Below, piece after piece: positions 38,710 through 51,716 of a DNA stretch of 64,000 nt. The first letter of the stretch is position 1. Each line of letters opens with the position of its first letter. The translations under genes and the position numbers were made by a program. The notes below the pieces were generated by a model. The model was given only the letters and a program-made list of their open reading frames with translations. It was not told where the DNA came from and searched no databases. The stretch is from Cetorhinus maximus (lineage: Eukaryota): NCBI RefSeq assembly GCF_964194155.1, contig NC_135901.1:25296001-25360000 (forward strand), written 5' to 3'.

Positions 38710-38772
38710 TTGGTCACCGGCCATCGAGCCCGGGCCGTGAAGGTGAAAGCATTGACTCTGAACCACCTGGGG
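38710..38772 (-). pseudogene. Second, more decayed tRNA-Glu-like relic
   Basis: Minus strand ...gctttcaccttcacggcccgggctcgatggccggtgacc. Confidence 0.5.
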
Positions 38773-38899
38773 TCCACCATCACTGGCTCAGTGTCACCTT
38801 GCCCACCATTCCTTGTGTCAGTTAATCCATCCTGCCTTGCTCTCCGTCACAGACCTTCCCTTTTGTTCTCTGTACAGAGTGAATCCTGACTTTACAATC

Positions 38900-39075
38900 A
38901 GAAAATGCTGGAAGTGCTCAGCAAATGATCAGGCAGCATCTGTGGAGAGAGAAACAGAGTCAATGTCTCTGATCAATGACCTTCCATCAGAACTGGTAAA
39001 TGTTAGAGATGTAACAGGTTTTAAACAAATGCAGGGACAGGGAAAGGGGAGACAAGGAAAGAACAAAAGGGACAG
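38900..39075 (-). mobile_element. Old Penelope-like terminal repeat (a plus-strand relative lies at ~38290-38475)
   Basis: gcagcatctgtggagagagaaacagagt...ccatcagaactgg, which is the minus-strand CTGATG core. Confidence 0.6.
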
Positions 39076-39242
39076 TCGGTGTATTAGAAGGTTTGGCCCC
39101 GGTTGGAGTATCTTGCATCCCAGAGATGGGCAGTGACCCGCTGATTGAAGATGCTGACGCTGTTTTCTGTTGGCAGTGGGTGATTGGAGAGTGTGGGGCA
39201 AAATCCTGCTGCTTGTCCCAGAACAGAGAAAATAATTGTTGG

Positions 39243-39899
39243 TAAAAACAAAAAACTACTGCGGATGCTGGAAATCCAAAACAAAAACAGAATTACCTGG
39301 AAAAACTCAGCAGGTCTGGCAGCATCGGTGGAGAAGAAAAGAGTTGACATTTCGAGTCCTCATGACCCTTCGGCAGAACTGAGTAAAGTTAGGAGAGGGG
39401 TGAAATATAAGCTGGTTTAAGCTTGGGTGGGGGGGTGGGGTGGGGGGAGAGAAGTTGGGTGGGGGGGTGGTTGTAGGGACAAACAAGCAGTGATAGGAGC
39501 AGATAATCAAAAGATGTCACAAACAAAAGGAACAAAGGGGTGTTAAAGGTGGTGATATTATCTAAGAAAATGTGCTAATTAAGAATAATTAAGAATTCTT
39601 AATTAGCACATTTTCTTAGATAATATCACCACCTTTAACACCCCTTTGTTCCTTTTGTCTGTGACATCTTTTGATTATCTGCTCCTATCACTGCTTGCTT
39701 GTCCCTACAACCACCCCCCCCCAACTTCTCTCCCCCCACCCCACCCCCAACTTCTCTCCCTTCACCCCCCACCCCCCCCCACCAACCTTAACCCAGCTTA
39801 TATTTAACCCCTCTCCTAACTTTACTCAGTTCTGCCGAAGGGTCATGAGGACTCGAAACGTCAACTCTTTTCTTCTCCGCCGATGCTGCCAGACCTGCT
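39243..39899. mobile_element. 657-bp fold-back Penelope-like element
   Basis: Near-perfect inverted arms centred at ~39590. 15-bp TSD gaaaataattgttgg at 39228-39242 and 39900-39914. Confidence 0.9.
39828..39866 (+). ncRNA. Minimal type I hammerhead ribozyme-like motif (mirror copy on minus at ~39341-39380)
   Basis: agtt CTGCCGA a gggtc atgag gactc GAAA c GTC aact gives stem I agtt/aact, stem II and a GUC site. Core A6 is substituted. Confidence 0.6.
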
Positions 39900-40099
39900 G
39901 AAAATAATTGTTGGGCTTGATTCCCTGTCTGAAATGTAGCTTTGACTGACTGTCAGTAATGGAGGTTGCGCTGCAGGAGCATTTAATAATCTTACACAAA
40001 TCAACATCAATCAGCCGGAATGTGCGGGTTTGAGGGAAGATTTCTGAACCATCAGGGCTGCAAATGGAAGCAAGTGGAAGATTCTGTCGAGTTTTAGTC

Positions 40100-40167
40100 T
40101 GTAGAAGGGAAGAGCTAATGTCACATAGCTGTATGTAGAAGGGAAGAGCTAATGTCACATAGCTGTA
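40100..40167 (+). repeat. Exact 34-bp tandem duplication
   Basis: tgtagaagggaagagctaatgtcacatagctgta occurs twice. Confidence 0.9.
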
Positions 40168-40554
40168 AGATGTTATATTCAGTTAACATTTAATGACAAA
40201 GATGAATTCTTGTTCACACTTAAATATGTTTTGATAATGTTCCTATTTCTTATGATTGATAATCATCAATCTCTCTTGATAAACCTGGAGCAGACTAACA
40301 CATCGTTGTTCTGCTATACTCAGCATTGTAATTGGATTTATCAGATGTTTGTATCACTCTGAGCTTGGGTTGTGGACTGTAATATCTTCACTCTTCTCTG
40401 GTGATCTTCTCCAGAAAGGCTGGGATAGATAGAATCATTTGGTCTGTAAGATACAGTCACTGTGAGGATGCTGATGGAACAATTTTCTGTCAAAACTCAC
40501 TGACACCTGATCACTTACAAAGTGATTATGTGAAAATCTAATTCAAACAATCAC

Positions 40555-41085
40555 AGTCACTGCCGGTGATTCTCTGGCTACAATGAGACAGATAAGAAAA
40601 GAATCAGGAGTGTGCAATCCCACCCAGCTGGACAACAGTGGAGAGGCATTGGAGGAGGGTGGTTTGGTCAATGGTGCCAAAGACTGCAAACTGGCTGAGA
40701 AGGACAATGAGAGATAGTTTAATCTGTCACATTCACGTAGGATACAATTTGTGACATTGCTAAGAGCTGTTTCAATACTGTGGCAGGAGCAAAAGTTCAA
40801 TTGGAGCGATTCAAACATGGAGTCCCAGGGTTTATGGGCATAGATTTGGGAGATGACAAGGATTTTGGAGAGGAAAGGGTGGTTAGAGATGGGCTGGGGG
40901 TTAGCAAAGGCATTGGCATCAAGGATGGACGAGTGGAAGGGAGGGAAGCAGCAGAGGCAGCTGATCGAATTTTCTCAATCTTAGTGACAAAGAAGCTCCA
41001 TGAGCTGTTCACACTTGTTGGGGGTAAGGATGGAGGGGACAGCAGAGAGGGAGAGCCATTCAAAAGGAACTAACTTGTGTTGGAG
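40555..41085 (-). mobile_element. L2-type LINE fragment
   Basis: FFVTKIEKIRSA and HSIETALSNVTNCIL. Same family as 62845-63900. Confidence 0.7.
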
Positions 41086-41254
41086 ATATTAAAAAGACTC
41101 AACAATGTTTTTAACACAAAGGTAATTTATTTGACCTTTATCAACAATATTAGTCCCCATAACTGGGCTGCAGTTTATTGTCACCAAAAAAGAGCCCAAA
41201 GAACATAGTTTAGTCCTGGATATGATTAACACCAAAATCCAGTCATAGTTGTTA

Positions 41255-41347
<93 letters not shown>

Positions 41348-42454
41348 TCACTGGTGTGTCAGCAGGTTGGATGATTGCTTAAATCCCTTCCCACATTCAG
41401 AACAAGTGAACGGTCTCTCCCCAGTATGAACTTGCTGGTGTCTCAGAAGGTTGGATGGGTGAGTGAATCCCTTCCCACACTCAAGGCAGATGAATGGTCG
41501 CCCCCCACAGTCTGAACCCGGTGGTGTGTTAGCAGGATAGATAACTGAGCGAATCCCACACTCAGGGGAGGTGAACAGCCGCTCCCCAGTGTGAACTCGC
41601 TGGTGTACAGTGAGTTGAGATGATCGCCTGAACCCAGTCCCGCAGTGAGAGCACCTGAATGGTCTCTCATCAGTGTGAACACGTTGATGGGACATCAGGT
41701 CCTGGGAGCTTTTAAAACACTTCCCACAGTCTGGGCAATTAAAAGGTCTCTCGTCAGTGTGAACTCGCTGGTGTGTCAGCAGATGGGATCGCTGAGTGAA
41801 TCCCTTCCCACACATGGAGCAGGTGAATGGCCTCTCATCACTGTGACCATGCTGGTGTCTCAGAAGGTTGGATGACTGAGTGAATCCCTTCCCACACACA
41901 GAGCAAGTGAACGGTTTCTCCCCAGTGTGACTGTGCTTGTGTGCAGTGAGTTGAGACAACCACCTGAACCCAGTCCCGCAGTGAGAGCACCTGAATGGTC
42001 TCTCGTCAGTGTGAACACGTCGATGGCGCATCAGTTCCATGGAACCTTTATAGCACTTCCCACAGTCCGGACATTTAAAAGGTCTCTCCTCAGTGTGAAC
42101 TCGCTGGTGTGTCCGCAGGTTAGATGACTGAATGAATCCCTTCCCACACTCAGAGCAGGTGAATGGCCTCTCCCCAGAGTGAACTCGCTGGTGTATCAGC
42201 AGATAGGATGAACGAGTGAATCCCTTCCCACACTCGAAGCAGGTGAATGGTTTCTCCCCAGTGTGAGTGCGCCAATGACTTTCCAGATCAGACGGGGATT
42301 TGAATCCCTTCCCACAATCCCCACATTTCCACGGTTTCATCCCGTTGTGATGGCATTTATGTTTTGACCGGTCAGATGATTGGCTGAAGCCTCGTCCACA
42401 CACAGAACACGTGTACGGTTTACCTCCACTGTGAACGGTGCTTCTTCCTTCCAT
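41348..42454 (-). CDS. C2H2 zinc-finger protein G (about 12 fingers, one scrambled finger, CGA>TGA truncation before the last finger)
   Basis: [19 protein letters not shown]... One further finger continues to TAA at 41252-41254. Acceptor near 42564-42565. Confidence 0.85.
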   Translation of the reverse strand: MEGRSTVHSGGKPYTCSVCGRGFSQSSDRSKHKCHHNGMKPWKCGDCGKGFKSPSDLESHWRTHTGEKPFTCFECGKGFTRSSYLLIHQRVHSGERPFTCSECGKGFIQSSNLRTHQRVHTEERPFKCPDCGKCYKGSMELMRHRRVHTDERPFRCSHCGTGFRWLSQLTAHKHSHTGEKPFTCSVCGKGFTQSSNLLRHQHGHSDERPFTCSMCGKGFTQRSHLLTHQRVHTDERPFNCPDCGKCFKSSQDLMSHQRVHTDERPFRCSHCGTGFRRSSQLTVHQRVHTGERLFTSPECGIRSVIYPANTPPGSDCGGRPFICLECGKGFTHPSNLLRHQQVHTGERPFTCSECGKGFKQSSNLLTHQ

Positions 42455-42741
42455 GTTCAAAATCCGATGATATTTAGGTTATGATAAATTGGGCGACTCT
42501 GTCAGATCCTGATGTGATGTTTGGTTTGAGTTGCCCGACTGCAAATCCTCTCCTCCTAATACCCTGCGCAATTTATTTAAAACAGAAAAAGGGAGTGAGC
42601 GAACACCCACAAAAATACAAAGGCAGGTTGTGAAATTGAGCTGAATGAATGTGTAATTTATGGGGCTGGCACCAGGAAAAAAGTAACCATGAAAACTGCT
42701 GGATTATCAAAATATCCAACTGGTTCACGAATGTCCTTCAG

Positions 42742-44325
42742 AAACATAGAAACTCAGAGCAGGAGTAGGCCATTCGGCCCTTCAAGCCTGCTCCGCCATT
42801 CAATATGATCATGGCTGTTCCTCTATCTCAACGCCATATTCCCGCTTTCTCTCTATACTTCTTGATGCCCCTAATATCAAAAAAATTATCAATTTCTTTC
42901 TTGAATAAACTCAGTGACCCGGCCTCCACAGGCTTCTGTTACCTCATCAAAAACCTTAAGCAACTTAATTAAACGTGACTTTACCTTAACAAATCCATGC
43001 TGGCTTTATTTAATTAACCCACATTTGCTCAAGTGACTATTAAATATGTCCTGAATGACCATTTCTGGAAGCTTCCCCAGCACCGAGATTAAACTGACTG
43101 GTCTATAGTTGCTGGGCTTTTCTTTACACCTTTTCTGAATAAAGGTGTAACATTTGCAATTCTCCAGTCCCTGTGTCAGCAACTCTGAATCTCAGGAAGA
43201 CTGGAAAATTATGGCCAGCGCTTCCACAATTTCCACTCTCATTCCCCCTCAGTATCCTTGGATGCATCTCATCCAGTCCCGGGGCTTTGTCAACCTTATC
43301 AGACAGACTATCCAATATCTCCTCCTTATCAATTTTAAACCCTTCAAAAGTCTGAACAATCTCCTCTTTCACAATCACCTGTGCAGAATATTTTCTCTTG
43401 ATAAAGGCAGATGCAAAATATTCATTTAATACCTCATCCATGCCCGCTGCCTCCATATGTAAGTCATCTTTTTGGTCCCTAATTGCCCCACTCCTCCTTA
43501 TAAACAGTAAAAGGGTGTTACATGTCCATAGAAGACTTCTTGATTTATTTCCATGTTTGCTTTCAGTCTCTTTTCATGCTCTCTCTTTGCTTCTTGTATT
43601 TGGTTTTCCAAATCCCTCTGAACCTTCTCTATTCAGCCTGCTTCTTGGTTTTATTATCCGGCTGACATGTGTCAGAAGCACACTTTTTCTCCTTTATCTC
43701 AATCTCTATCTCTTTTCTCATCGAGGGGGCTGTGGATTTGTTAACTGTACCTTTCCCCTTCATGGGAATATGTCTTTGTGTCAGAATTATCTCTTCTTTA
43801 AAGGCAGTCTATTGCTCAGTTACAGTTTCACCTGCCAACCTTTGATTCATAAGACTATAAGACGTAGGAGCAGAAGTAGGCCATTCGCCCCATCGAATCT
43901 GCTCCGCCATTCAATGAGATCAGGCTGATCGGAGAATCCTCAACTCCACTTTCCTGCTTTTTCTCCATAACCATTGATACCCTTACAGATTAAAAGTCTG
44001 TCTATCTCAGCCTTGAATATACTATCCTCAGAGAAGAAATTCCTCCTCATCTCTGTCTTAAATGGGCAACCCTCTGAGATTATGCCCCCTGGTCCTAGAC
44101 TCTCTCACAAGGGGAACAACCTCTCAGCATCTAACTTGTCAAGAGCCCTAAGAATCTTATATGTTTCAATAAGGTCATCTCTCATTCTTCGAAACTCCAA
44201 TGAGTACAGGCACAATCTACTCAATCTCTTCTCATAAGAAAATCCCTCCATACCCAGGATCAACCTAGTGAATATTCTCTGGACTGCCTCCAATGCCAGC
44301 ATATCTTTCCTTAGATAAAGGGACA
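42742..44325 (-). mobile_element. Nested CR1 fragments on minus (three pieces)
   Basis: CR1 3' tails at 42742 and ~43850. VLNEYFASAF, KAPGLDEMHPRIL and SLEFRRMRDDL. Confidence 0.8.
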
Positions 44326-44326
44326 A

Positions 44327-46283
44327 AGATTGGGAAACTTTTAAAGATCATCAAAGGGTTACTAAAAAAATAATAAAAAGAGCAAGGGTAAATTATGAAA
44401 GAAAACTAATGCAAAATGTAAAAACTGATAGCAAAAGCTTCTACAAGTACATAAAAGGATAGAGAGTAGCTAAAGTGAATGTTGGTCCCTTGGAGGGTGA
44501 GACTGGGAAGTTAATAGTGGGGAATGCAGAAATGGCAGAGACATTTAATCAATATTTTGCCTCAGTTTTCACAGTGGAGGACACTAGTACCACCCCAATA
44601 CTAACAGGTAGTACAGAGGGTACAGAGGAGGAACTTAGAACAATCACCATCACTAGAGAAAAAGTACTGAGCAAACTATTGGGCTTAAAGAGTGACAAGT
44701 CCCCAGGAGCTGATGGCCTACATCCCAGGGTCTTAAAGGAAGTGGCAGCAGAGATAGTGGATGCTTTGGCTATAATATTCCAAAATTCCCTGGATTCTGG
44801 AAAGGTTTCAGTGGTTGGAAAAATGCCAATATAATGCCCTTATTCAAGAAAAAGGGGGGAGGGGGGTAGGGGGAGGCAGAAAGTAGGAAGCTATAGACCA
44901 GTTAGTTTAACCTCTGTCGTTGGGTAATTGTTGGAATCCATTATTAAGGAAGTAGTAATGGGGTATTTGGAAAGTCAAAATGCAATCCATCAGAGTCAGC
45001 ATGGTTTTATGAAGAGTAAATCATGTTTGACTAATTTACTAGATTTCTTTGAAGATGTGACAAGCAAAGTGGATAATGGGGATCCTGTAGATGTAGTATA
45101 TCTAGACTTCCAGAAGGCCTTTGATAAGGTGCTGCACAAAAGATTAACACACAAGATGAGATCACATGGAGTTAGGGGTAATATATTACCTTGGATAGAG
45201 GATTGGCTAACCAACAGAAAGCAGAGAGTTGGGATAAATGGGTCTTTTTTTGGATGGCAAGCTGTAACTAGTGAGGTGCCACAGGCTTCAGTCCTTGGGC
45301 CCCAACTATTTACAATCTATATTAATGACTTGGATTCAGGGGTAGAAGGTACGATAGCTAAATTTGCAGATGACACCAAAATAGGTGGGAAAGTAAATTG
45401 CAATGAAGAAATAAGAGATTTACAAATGGATATGGACAGGTTAGGTGAATGGGCCAGAATTTGGCAGATGGAGTTTAACATGGATAAGTGTGAGATTATC
45501 GATTTTGGTCAGAAGAATAAAAAGGCGACTTATTATTTAAATGGGGAGAAACTTCAGAATGCTTCAGTGCAGGTGGATTTGGATGTCCTCGTGCATGAAT
45601 CGCTGAAAGCTAGTGTGCAGGTACAGCAGGTAATAAGGAAGCCAAATGGAATTTTGGCATTTATTGCTAAGGGAATAGAGCATAAAAATAGGGAAGTGTT
45701 GTTGCAACTGTACAAGGCATTGGTGAGACCACACCTGGAATACTGTGCACAGTTTTGGTTCCCTTACTTCAGAAAGGATGTCGTTGCATTGGAGGCAGTT
45801 CAGAAGAATTTAACTAGATTGATTCCAGAAATGTGGGGCTTGTCTTATGAGGAGAGACTGAGCAGTTTAGGCCTATACTCGCTAGAGTTTAGAAGGATGA
45901 GAAGAGATCTAATTGAGGTGTATAAGATGCTAAAGGGAGTAGACAAAGTAGACGTGGAACGAATGCTTCCCCTTGTGGGGTGTTCTAGAATGAGAGGCCA
46001 TAGTTTTAGGATAAGGGGTGGTAGATTTAAACCAGAGATGAGGAGGAATTACTTTTTTCAAAGGGTCATGAATCTGTGGAATTCACTACCTCAGAGTGCA
46101 GTAGATGCCGGGACGCTGAATAAATTTAAGGAGGAGATAGACAGATGTTTAATTAGCAACATTGAAAGGTTATCGGGAGAGGGTGGGAAATTGGAGTTGA
46201 GGCCAAAATGAGATCAACCATAATCGTAATGAATGGCAGGGCAGGCTCGAGGGGCTGAATTGCCTACTCATGCTCCTAGTTCA
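44327..46283 (+). mobile_element. CR1 LINE 3' 2 kb with a long open RT frame (44928-46211)
   Basis: QHGF, YLDFQKAFD, VPQASVLGP, FADD and LVRPHLEY, followed by the 3' tail. Confidence 0.92.
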
Positions 46284-46455
46284 TGAAAACTGTTTACAGT
46301 ATTCCAGGTGTGATCTAACTAGTGCCTTGTATAGTTTTAGAAATACTTCCCTATTTTTATAATCCAGTCTCTTTGAAATTCCAACTTACCTTGGTCAGAT
46401 CTATTCTTACTCCACTGAAGTTGGCTTTCCCCCAGTTAATTATTCTTACTCTTAC

Positions 46456-47206
46456 TTGAAATCTTTGCACACAGGCAGAACAGATAAACCGTTTACCTTC
46501 CACATTACAAGTTTGATGATATTCAAGTCCTGACGAATCACATGACTGTCAGATCTTGATGTGATGTTTGGTTTGAGTTTCCCGTCCGTCAATCCTCTGC
46601 CTCTAATACCCTGGAAAAGAAATTTCCAAAATCCATGACTGTCAGTCCAGGACAGGCATTCAGAGGAGACAAATATTTCTCTTGGCTTGTGTTTGCTGCG
46701 TGTAAATTCTCCGCTTCTAAACCCCGGCAAAGGAGTTTCAAAAACCCATCCCTGTCAGTCCAGGATAGAAATTCACAACATTCCTCCTGCGGGCAGGGAC
46801 CGAGGACCGCGCATGCGCATTGCCCCCTAGAAAGATGGCGGCAGCGCATGCCGATTGTTCACGATAGCAGCACAACTGCACATTGCCCCCTATACAAATG
46901 GCGCCCGTTTACTCGGGCCTCTCTCCAAAGGCAGGGCGGGCCCCACCTGCCGCCGCCTCGTTCGATTCGACCACAGAACCAGTAGCTTCTTATTCACGGT
47001 TTCAGGCTTCCACTGGGTGTTCATTAAGCTCCCCACCAACTGCGCCGCTTCCATTCCTCCTCACTCACCGGCTCCCTGTACTTGCCTATACTCCGCCATT
47101 TTTCAGTCTTTCGAATGGCTACGGGCGGTGCTGCGCATGCTCCAGTTTGAGCTCACATTGCGCATGTTCCTACACTGCCCGGTACCGCGCCTGCGCAAGG
47201 ATCTCC
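46456..47206 (-). promoter_or_regulatory. Promoter and 5' non-coding exon module, probably of ZNF G
   Basis: Two tandem copies of the ZNF acceptor/leader segment (46456-46790). NRF1 gcgcatgcgca at 46809-46819, YY1 aagatggcgg at 46832-46841, further tgcgcatg motifs. CpG-rich. Confidence 0.7.
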
Positions 47207-47393
47207 TCTTGTGAGGATAAAAACAAAGAACTGCGGATGCTGGAAATCCAAAACAAAAACAGAATTACCTGGAAAAACTCAGCAGGTCTGGCAGCATCGG
47301 CGGAGAAGAAAAGAGTTGACGTTTCGAGTCCTCATGACCCTTCAACAGAACTGAGTAATATTAGGAGAGGGGTGAAATATAAACTGGTTTAAG

Positions 47394-48473
47394 TGGGGGG
47401 GGGGGGGAGAGAAGAGAAGGGGGGGATTAGAGAGAAGAGAAGGGGGGAGGGGAGAGAAGAGAAGGGGGAGGGGAGAGAAGAGAAGGGGGAGGGGAGAGAA
47501 GAGAAGGGGGGGATTAGAGAGAAGAGAAGGGGGGGAGGAGAGAGAAGAGAAGGGGGGGAGGGGAGAGAAGAGAGGGGGGGAGGGGAGAGAAGAGAGGGGG
47601 GAGGGGAGAGAAGAGAGGGGGGAGGGGAGAGAAGAGAGGGGGGGAGGGGAGAGGAGAGGGGGGGAGGGGAGAGAAGAGAGGGGGGGAGGGGAGAGAAGAG
47701 AAGGGGGAGGGGAGAGAAGAGAAGGGGGAGAGAAGAGAAGGGGGAGGGGAGAGAAGAGAAGGGGGAGGGGAGAGAAGAGAAGGGGGAGGGGAGAGAAGAG
47801 AAGGGGGGGATTAGAGAGAAGAGAAGGGGGGGAGGAGAGAGAAGAGAAGGGGGGGAGGGGAGAGAAGAGAAGGGGGGAGGGGAGAGAAGAGAGGGGGGGA
47901 GGGGAGAGAAGAGAGGGGGGGAGGGGAGAGGAGAGGGGGGGAGGGGAGAGAAGAGAGGGGGGGAGGGGAGAGAAGAGAAGGGGGAGAGAAGAGAAGGGGG
48001 AGGGGAGAGAAGAGAAGGGGGGAGGGGAGAGAAGAGAAGGGGGGGAGGGGAGAGAAGAGAAGGGGGGGAGGGGAGAGAAGAGAAGGGGGGAGGGGAGAGA
48101 AGAGAAGGGGGGAGGGGAGAGAAGAGAAGGGGGGGAGGGGAGAGAAGAGAAGGGGGGGAGGGGAGAGAAGAGAAGGGGGGGAGGGGAGAGAAGAGAAGGG
48201 GGGGAGGGGAGAGAAGAGAAGGGGGGAGGGGAGAGAAGAGAAGGGGGGGAGAGAAGAGAAGGGGGGGAGAGAAGAGAAGGGGGGGAGAGAAGAGAAGGGG
48301 GAGGGGAGGGAAGAGAAGGGGGAGGGGAGAGAAGAGAAGGGGGAGGGGAGAGAAGAGAAGGGGGAGGGGAGAGAAGAGAAGGGGGGAGGAGAGAGAAGGG
48401 GAGGGGGGAGAGGAAAGAGAAGGGGGGAGGGGAGAGGGTGGGAGAGAAGGTGGGGGAGGGGAGAGAAGGGGGG
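47394..48473 (+). repeat. About 1.1-kb almost pure polypurine minisatellite (ggggagagaagagaagg..)n
   Basis: Nearly all A/G on plus, unit about 19-24 bp. Confidence 0.95.
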
Positions 48474-51400
48474 ATGGTTGTAGGGACAAGCAAGCAGTAA
48501 TAGGAGCAGATAATCAAAAGATGTCACAGACAAAAAGAACAAAGAAGCGTTGAAGGTGGTGATATTATCTAAATGAATGTGCTAATTAAGAATGGATGGC
48601 AGGACATTCAAGGTACAGCTCTAGTGGGGGTGGATTGGAAAGACCAACAGGGCATAAAAGGTATAGATTTAAAAATAATGGAAATAGGTGGGAAAAGAAA
48701 AACTATATAAATTATTGGGAAAAACAAAAGGGAGGGGGAAGAAACGAAAGGGGGGTGGGGATGGAGGAGGGAGTTCAAGATCTAAAGTTGTTGAATTCAA
48801 TATTCACTCCGGAAGGCTGTAAAGTGCCTAGTCGGAAGATGAGGTGCTGTTCCACCAGTTTGCGTTGGGCTTCACTGGAACAATGCAGCAAGCCAAGGAC
48901 AGACGTGGGCAAGAGAGCAGAGTGGAGTGTTAAAATGGCAAGGGACAGGGAGGTTTGGGTCTTTCTTGCGGACAGACCGCAGGTGTTCTGCAAAGCGGTC
49001 GCCCAGTTTACGTTTGGTTTCTCCAGTGTAGAGGAGGCCGCATTGGGAGCAACGAATGCAGTAGACTAAGTTAGGGGAAATGCAAGTGAAATGCTGCTTC
49101 ACTTGAAAGGAGTGTTTGGGCCCTTGGACGGTGAAGAGAGAGGAAGTGAAGGGGCAGATTTTGCATGGGCATGGTGAGGTGCCATAGGTGGGGGTTGAGG
49201 AGTAGGGGGTGATGGAGGAGTGGACCAGGGTGTCCCGGAGGGAACGATCCCTACGGAATGCCGCCAGGGGGTGGTGAAGGGAAGATGTGTTTGCTGGTGG
49301 CATCATTCTGGAGTTGGCGGAAATGGCGGAGGATGATCCTTTGAATGCGGAAGCTGGTGGGGTGATAAGTGAGGACAAGGGGGACCCTATCATGTTTCTG
49401 GGAGGGAGGAGAAGGCGTGAGGGCGGATGCGTGGGAGATGGGCCGGACACAGTTGAGGGCCCTGTCAACGACTGTGGGTGGAAAACCTCAGTTAAGGAAG
49501 AAGGAGGACATGTCAGAGGAACTGTTTTTGAAGGTAGCATCATCAGAACAGATGCGACGGAGGCGAAGGAACTGAGAGAATGGGATGGAGTCCTTACAGG
49601 AAGCGGGGTGTGAGGTGCAGTAGTCGAGGTAGCTGTGGGAATCGGTAGGCTTGTAATGGATATTGGTGGACAGTCTATCACCAGAAATTGAGACAGAGAG
49701 GTCAAGGAAGGGAAAGGAAGTGTCAGAGATGGACCATGTGAAAATGATGGAGAGGTGGAGATTGGAAGCAAAATTAATAAATTTTTCCAGGTCCCGACGA
49801 GAGCATGAAGCAGCACCGAAGTAATCATCGATGTACCGGAGAAAGAGTTGTGGGAGGGGGCCGGAGTAGGACTGGAACAAGGAATGTTCCACATACCCCA
49901 TAAAGAGACAGGCATAGCTGGGGCCCATGCGAGTACCCATAGCCACACCTTTTATTTGGAGGAAGTGAGAGGAGTTAAAGGAGAAATTGTTCAGTGTGAG
50001 AACAAGTTCAGCCAGACGGAGGAGAGTAGTGGTGGATGGGGATTGTTGGAGCCTCTGTTCGAGGAAGAAGCTAAGGGCCCTCAGACCATCCTGGTGGGGG
50101 ATGGAGGTGTAGAGGGATTGGACGTCCATGGTGAAGAGGAAGCGGTTGGGGCCAGGGAACTGGAAATTGTTGATGTGACGTAAGGTGTCAGAGGAATCAC
50201 GGTTGTAGGTGGGAAGGGACTGGTCAAGGGGAGAGGGAGTCAAGATAACTAGAAATGAGTTCCGTGGGACAAGAACAGGCTGACACGATCGGTCTGCCAG
50301 GACAGTTCTGTTTGTGGATTTTGGGTAGGATGTAGAAGCGGGCCGTCCAAGGTTGGGCGACTATCAGGTTGGAAGCTGTGGGAGGAAGATCTCCAGAGGA
50401 GATGAGGTCAGTCACAGTCCTGGAAACAATGGCTTGATGTTCAGTGGTGGGGTCATGGTCTATGGAGAGGTAGGAGGAAGTGTCTGCGAGTTGACACTCA
50501 GCCTCCGCGAGGTAGAGGTCAGTGCACAATATCCATTACAAGCCTACTGACATGTCCTCCTTCTTCCTTAACCGAGGTTTTCCACCCACGGTCATTGACA
50601 GAGCCCTCAACCGTTTCCGGCCCATCTACCACGCATCCGCCCTCACGCCTTCTCCTCCCTCCCAGAAACATGTTAGGGTCCCCCTTGTCCTCACTTATCA
50701 CCTCACCAGCCTCCGCATTCAAAGGATCATCCTCCGCCATTTCCGCCAACTCCAGAATGATGCCACCAGCAAACACATCTTCCCTTCACCCCCCCCGGCG
50801 GCATTCCGTAGGGATCGTTCCCTCCGGGACACCCTGGTCCACTCCTCCATCACCCCCTACTCCTCAACCCCCACCTATGGCACCTCCCCATGCCCACGCA
50901 AAAGATGCAACACCTGCCCCTTCACTTCCTCTCTCCTCACCGTCCAAGGGCCCAAACACTCCTTTCAAGTGAAGCAGCATTTCACTTGCATTTCCCCTAA
51001 CTTAGTCTACTGCATTCGTTGCTCCCAATGCGGTCTCCTCTACATTGGAGAGACCAAACATAAACTGGGCGACCGCTTTGCAGAACACCTGCGGTCTGTC
51101 CACAAGATAGACCCAAACCTCCCTGTCGCTTGCCATTTTAACACTCCACCCTGCTCTCTTGCCCACATATCTGTCCTTGGCTTGCTGCATTGTTCCAGTG
51201 AAGTCCAACGCAAACTGGAGGAACAGCACCTCACCTTCCAACTAGGCACTTTACAGCCTTCCGGACTGAATAATGAATTCAACAACTTTAGATCTTGAAC
51301 TCCCTCCTCCGTCCCCACCCCATTTCCGTTTCTTCCCCCTTCCTTTTGTTTTTTCCAATAATTTGTATAGATTTTTCTTTTCCCACCTATTTCCATTATT

Positions 51401-51677
51401 TTTAAATCTATACCTTTTATGCCCTGTTAGTCTTTCCACCCCACCCCTAGAGCTGTACCTGCCATCCATTCTTAATTAGCATATTCGTTTAGATAATATC
51501 ACCACCTTCAACACCTCTTTGTTCTTTTTGTCTGTGACATCTTTTGATTATCTGCTCCTATCACTGCCTCCTTGTCCCTACAACCACACCCACCCCCCAA
51601 CCTCTCTCCCCCCACCACCCTCCCCCCACCCCCCACCTTAAACCAGCTTATATTTCACCCCTCTCCTAATATTACTC

Positions 51678-51716
51678 AGTTCTGTTGAAGGGTCATGAGG
51701 ACTCGAAACGTCAACT
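51678..51716 (+). ncRNA. Minimal type I hammerhead ribozyme-like motif (mirror copy on minus at ~47314-47352)
   Basis: agtt CTGTTGA a gggtc atgag gactc GAAA c GTC aact. Confidence 0.6.

Noticed and set aside
43848-46283. Two outward-facing CR1 3' ends as a single fold-back insertion
   Set aside because: The tails differ like separate subfamilies and there is no convincing TSD. Nested insertions are more likely.
47342-48553. Long Pro/Ser/Leu-rich or Gly/Glu/Arg-rich ORFs (243-391 aa)
   Set aside because: They are stop-free translations of the polypurine repeat, not genes.
48872-49948. 358-aa ORF as a separate gene
   Set aside because: It is a frameshifted read of the Penelope ORF; only its C-terminal part is the true GIY-YIG frame.
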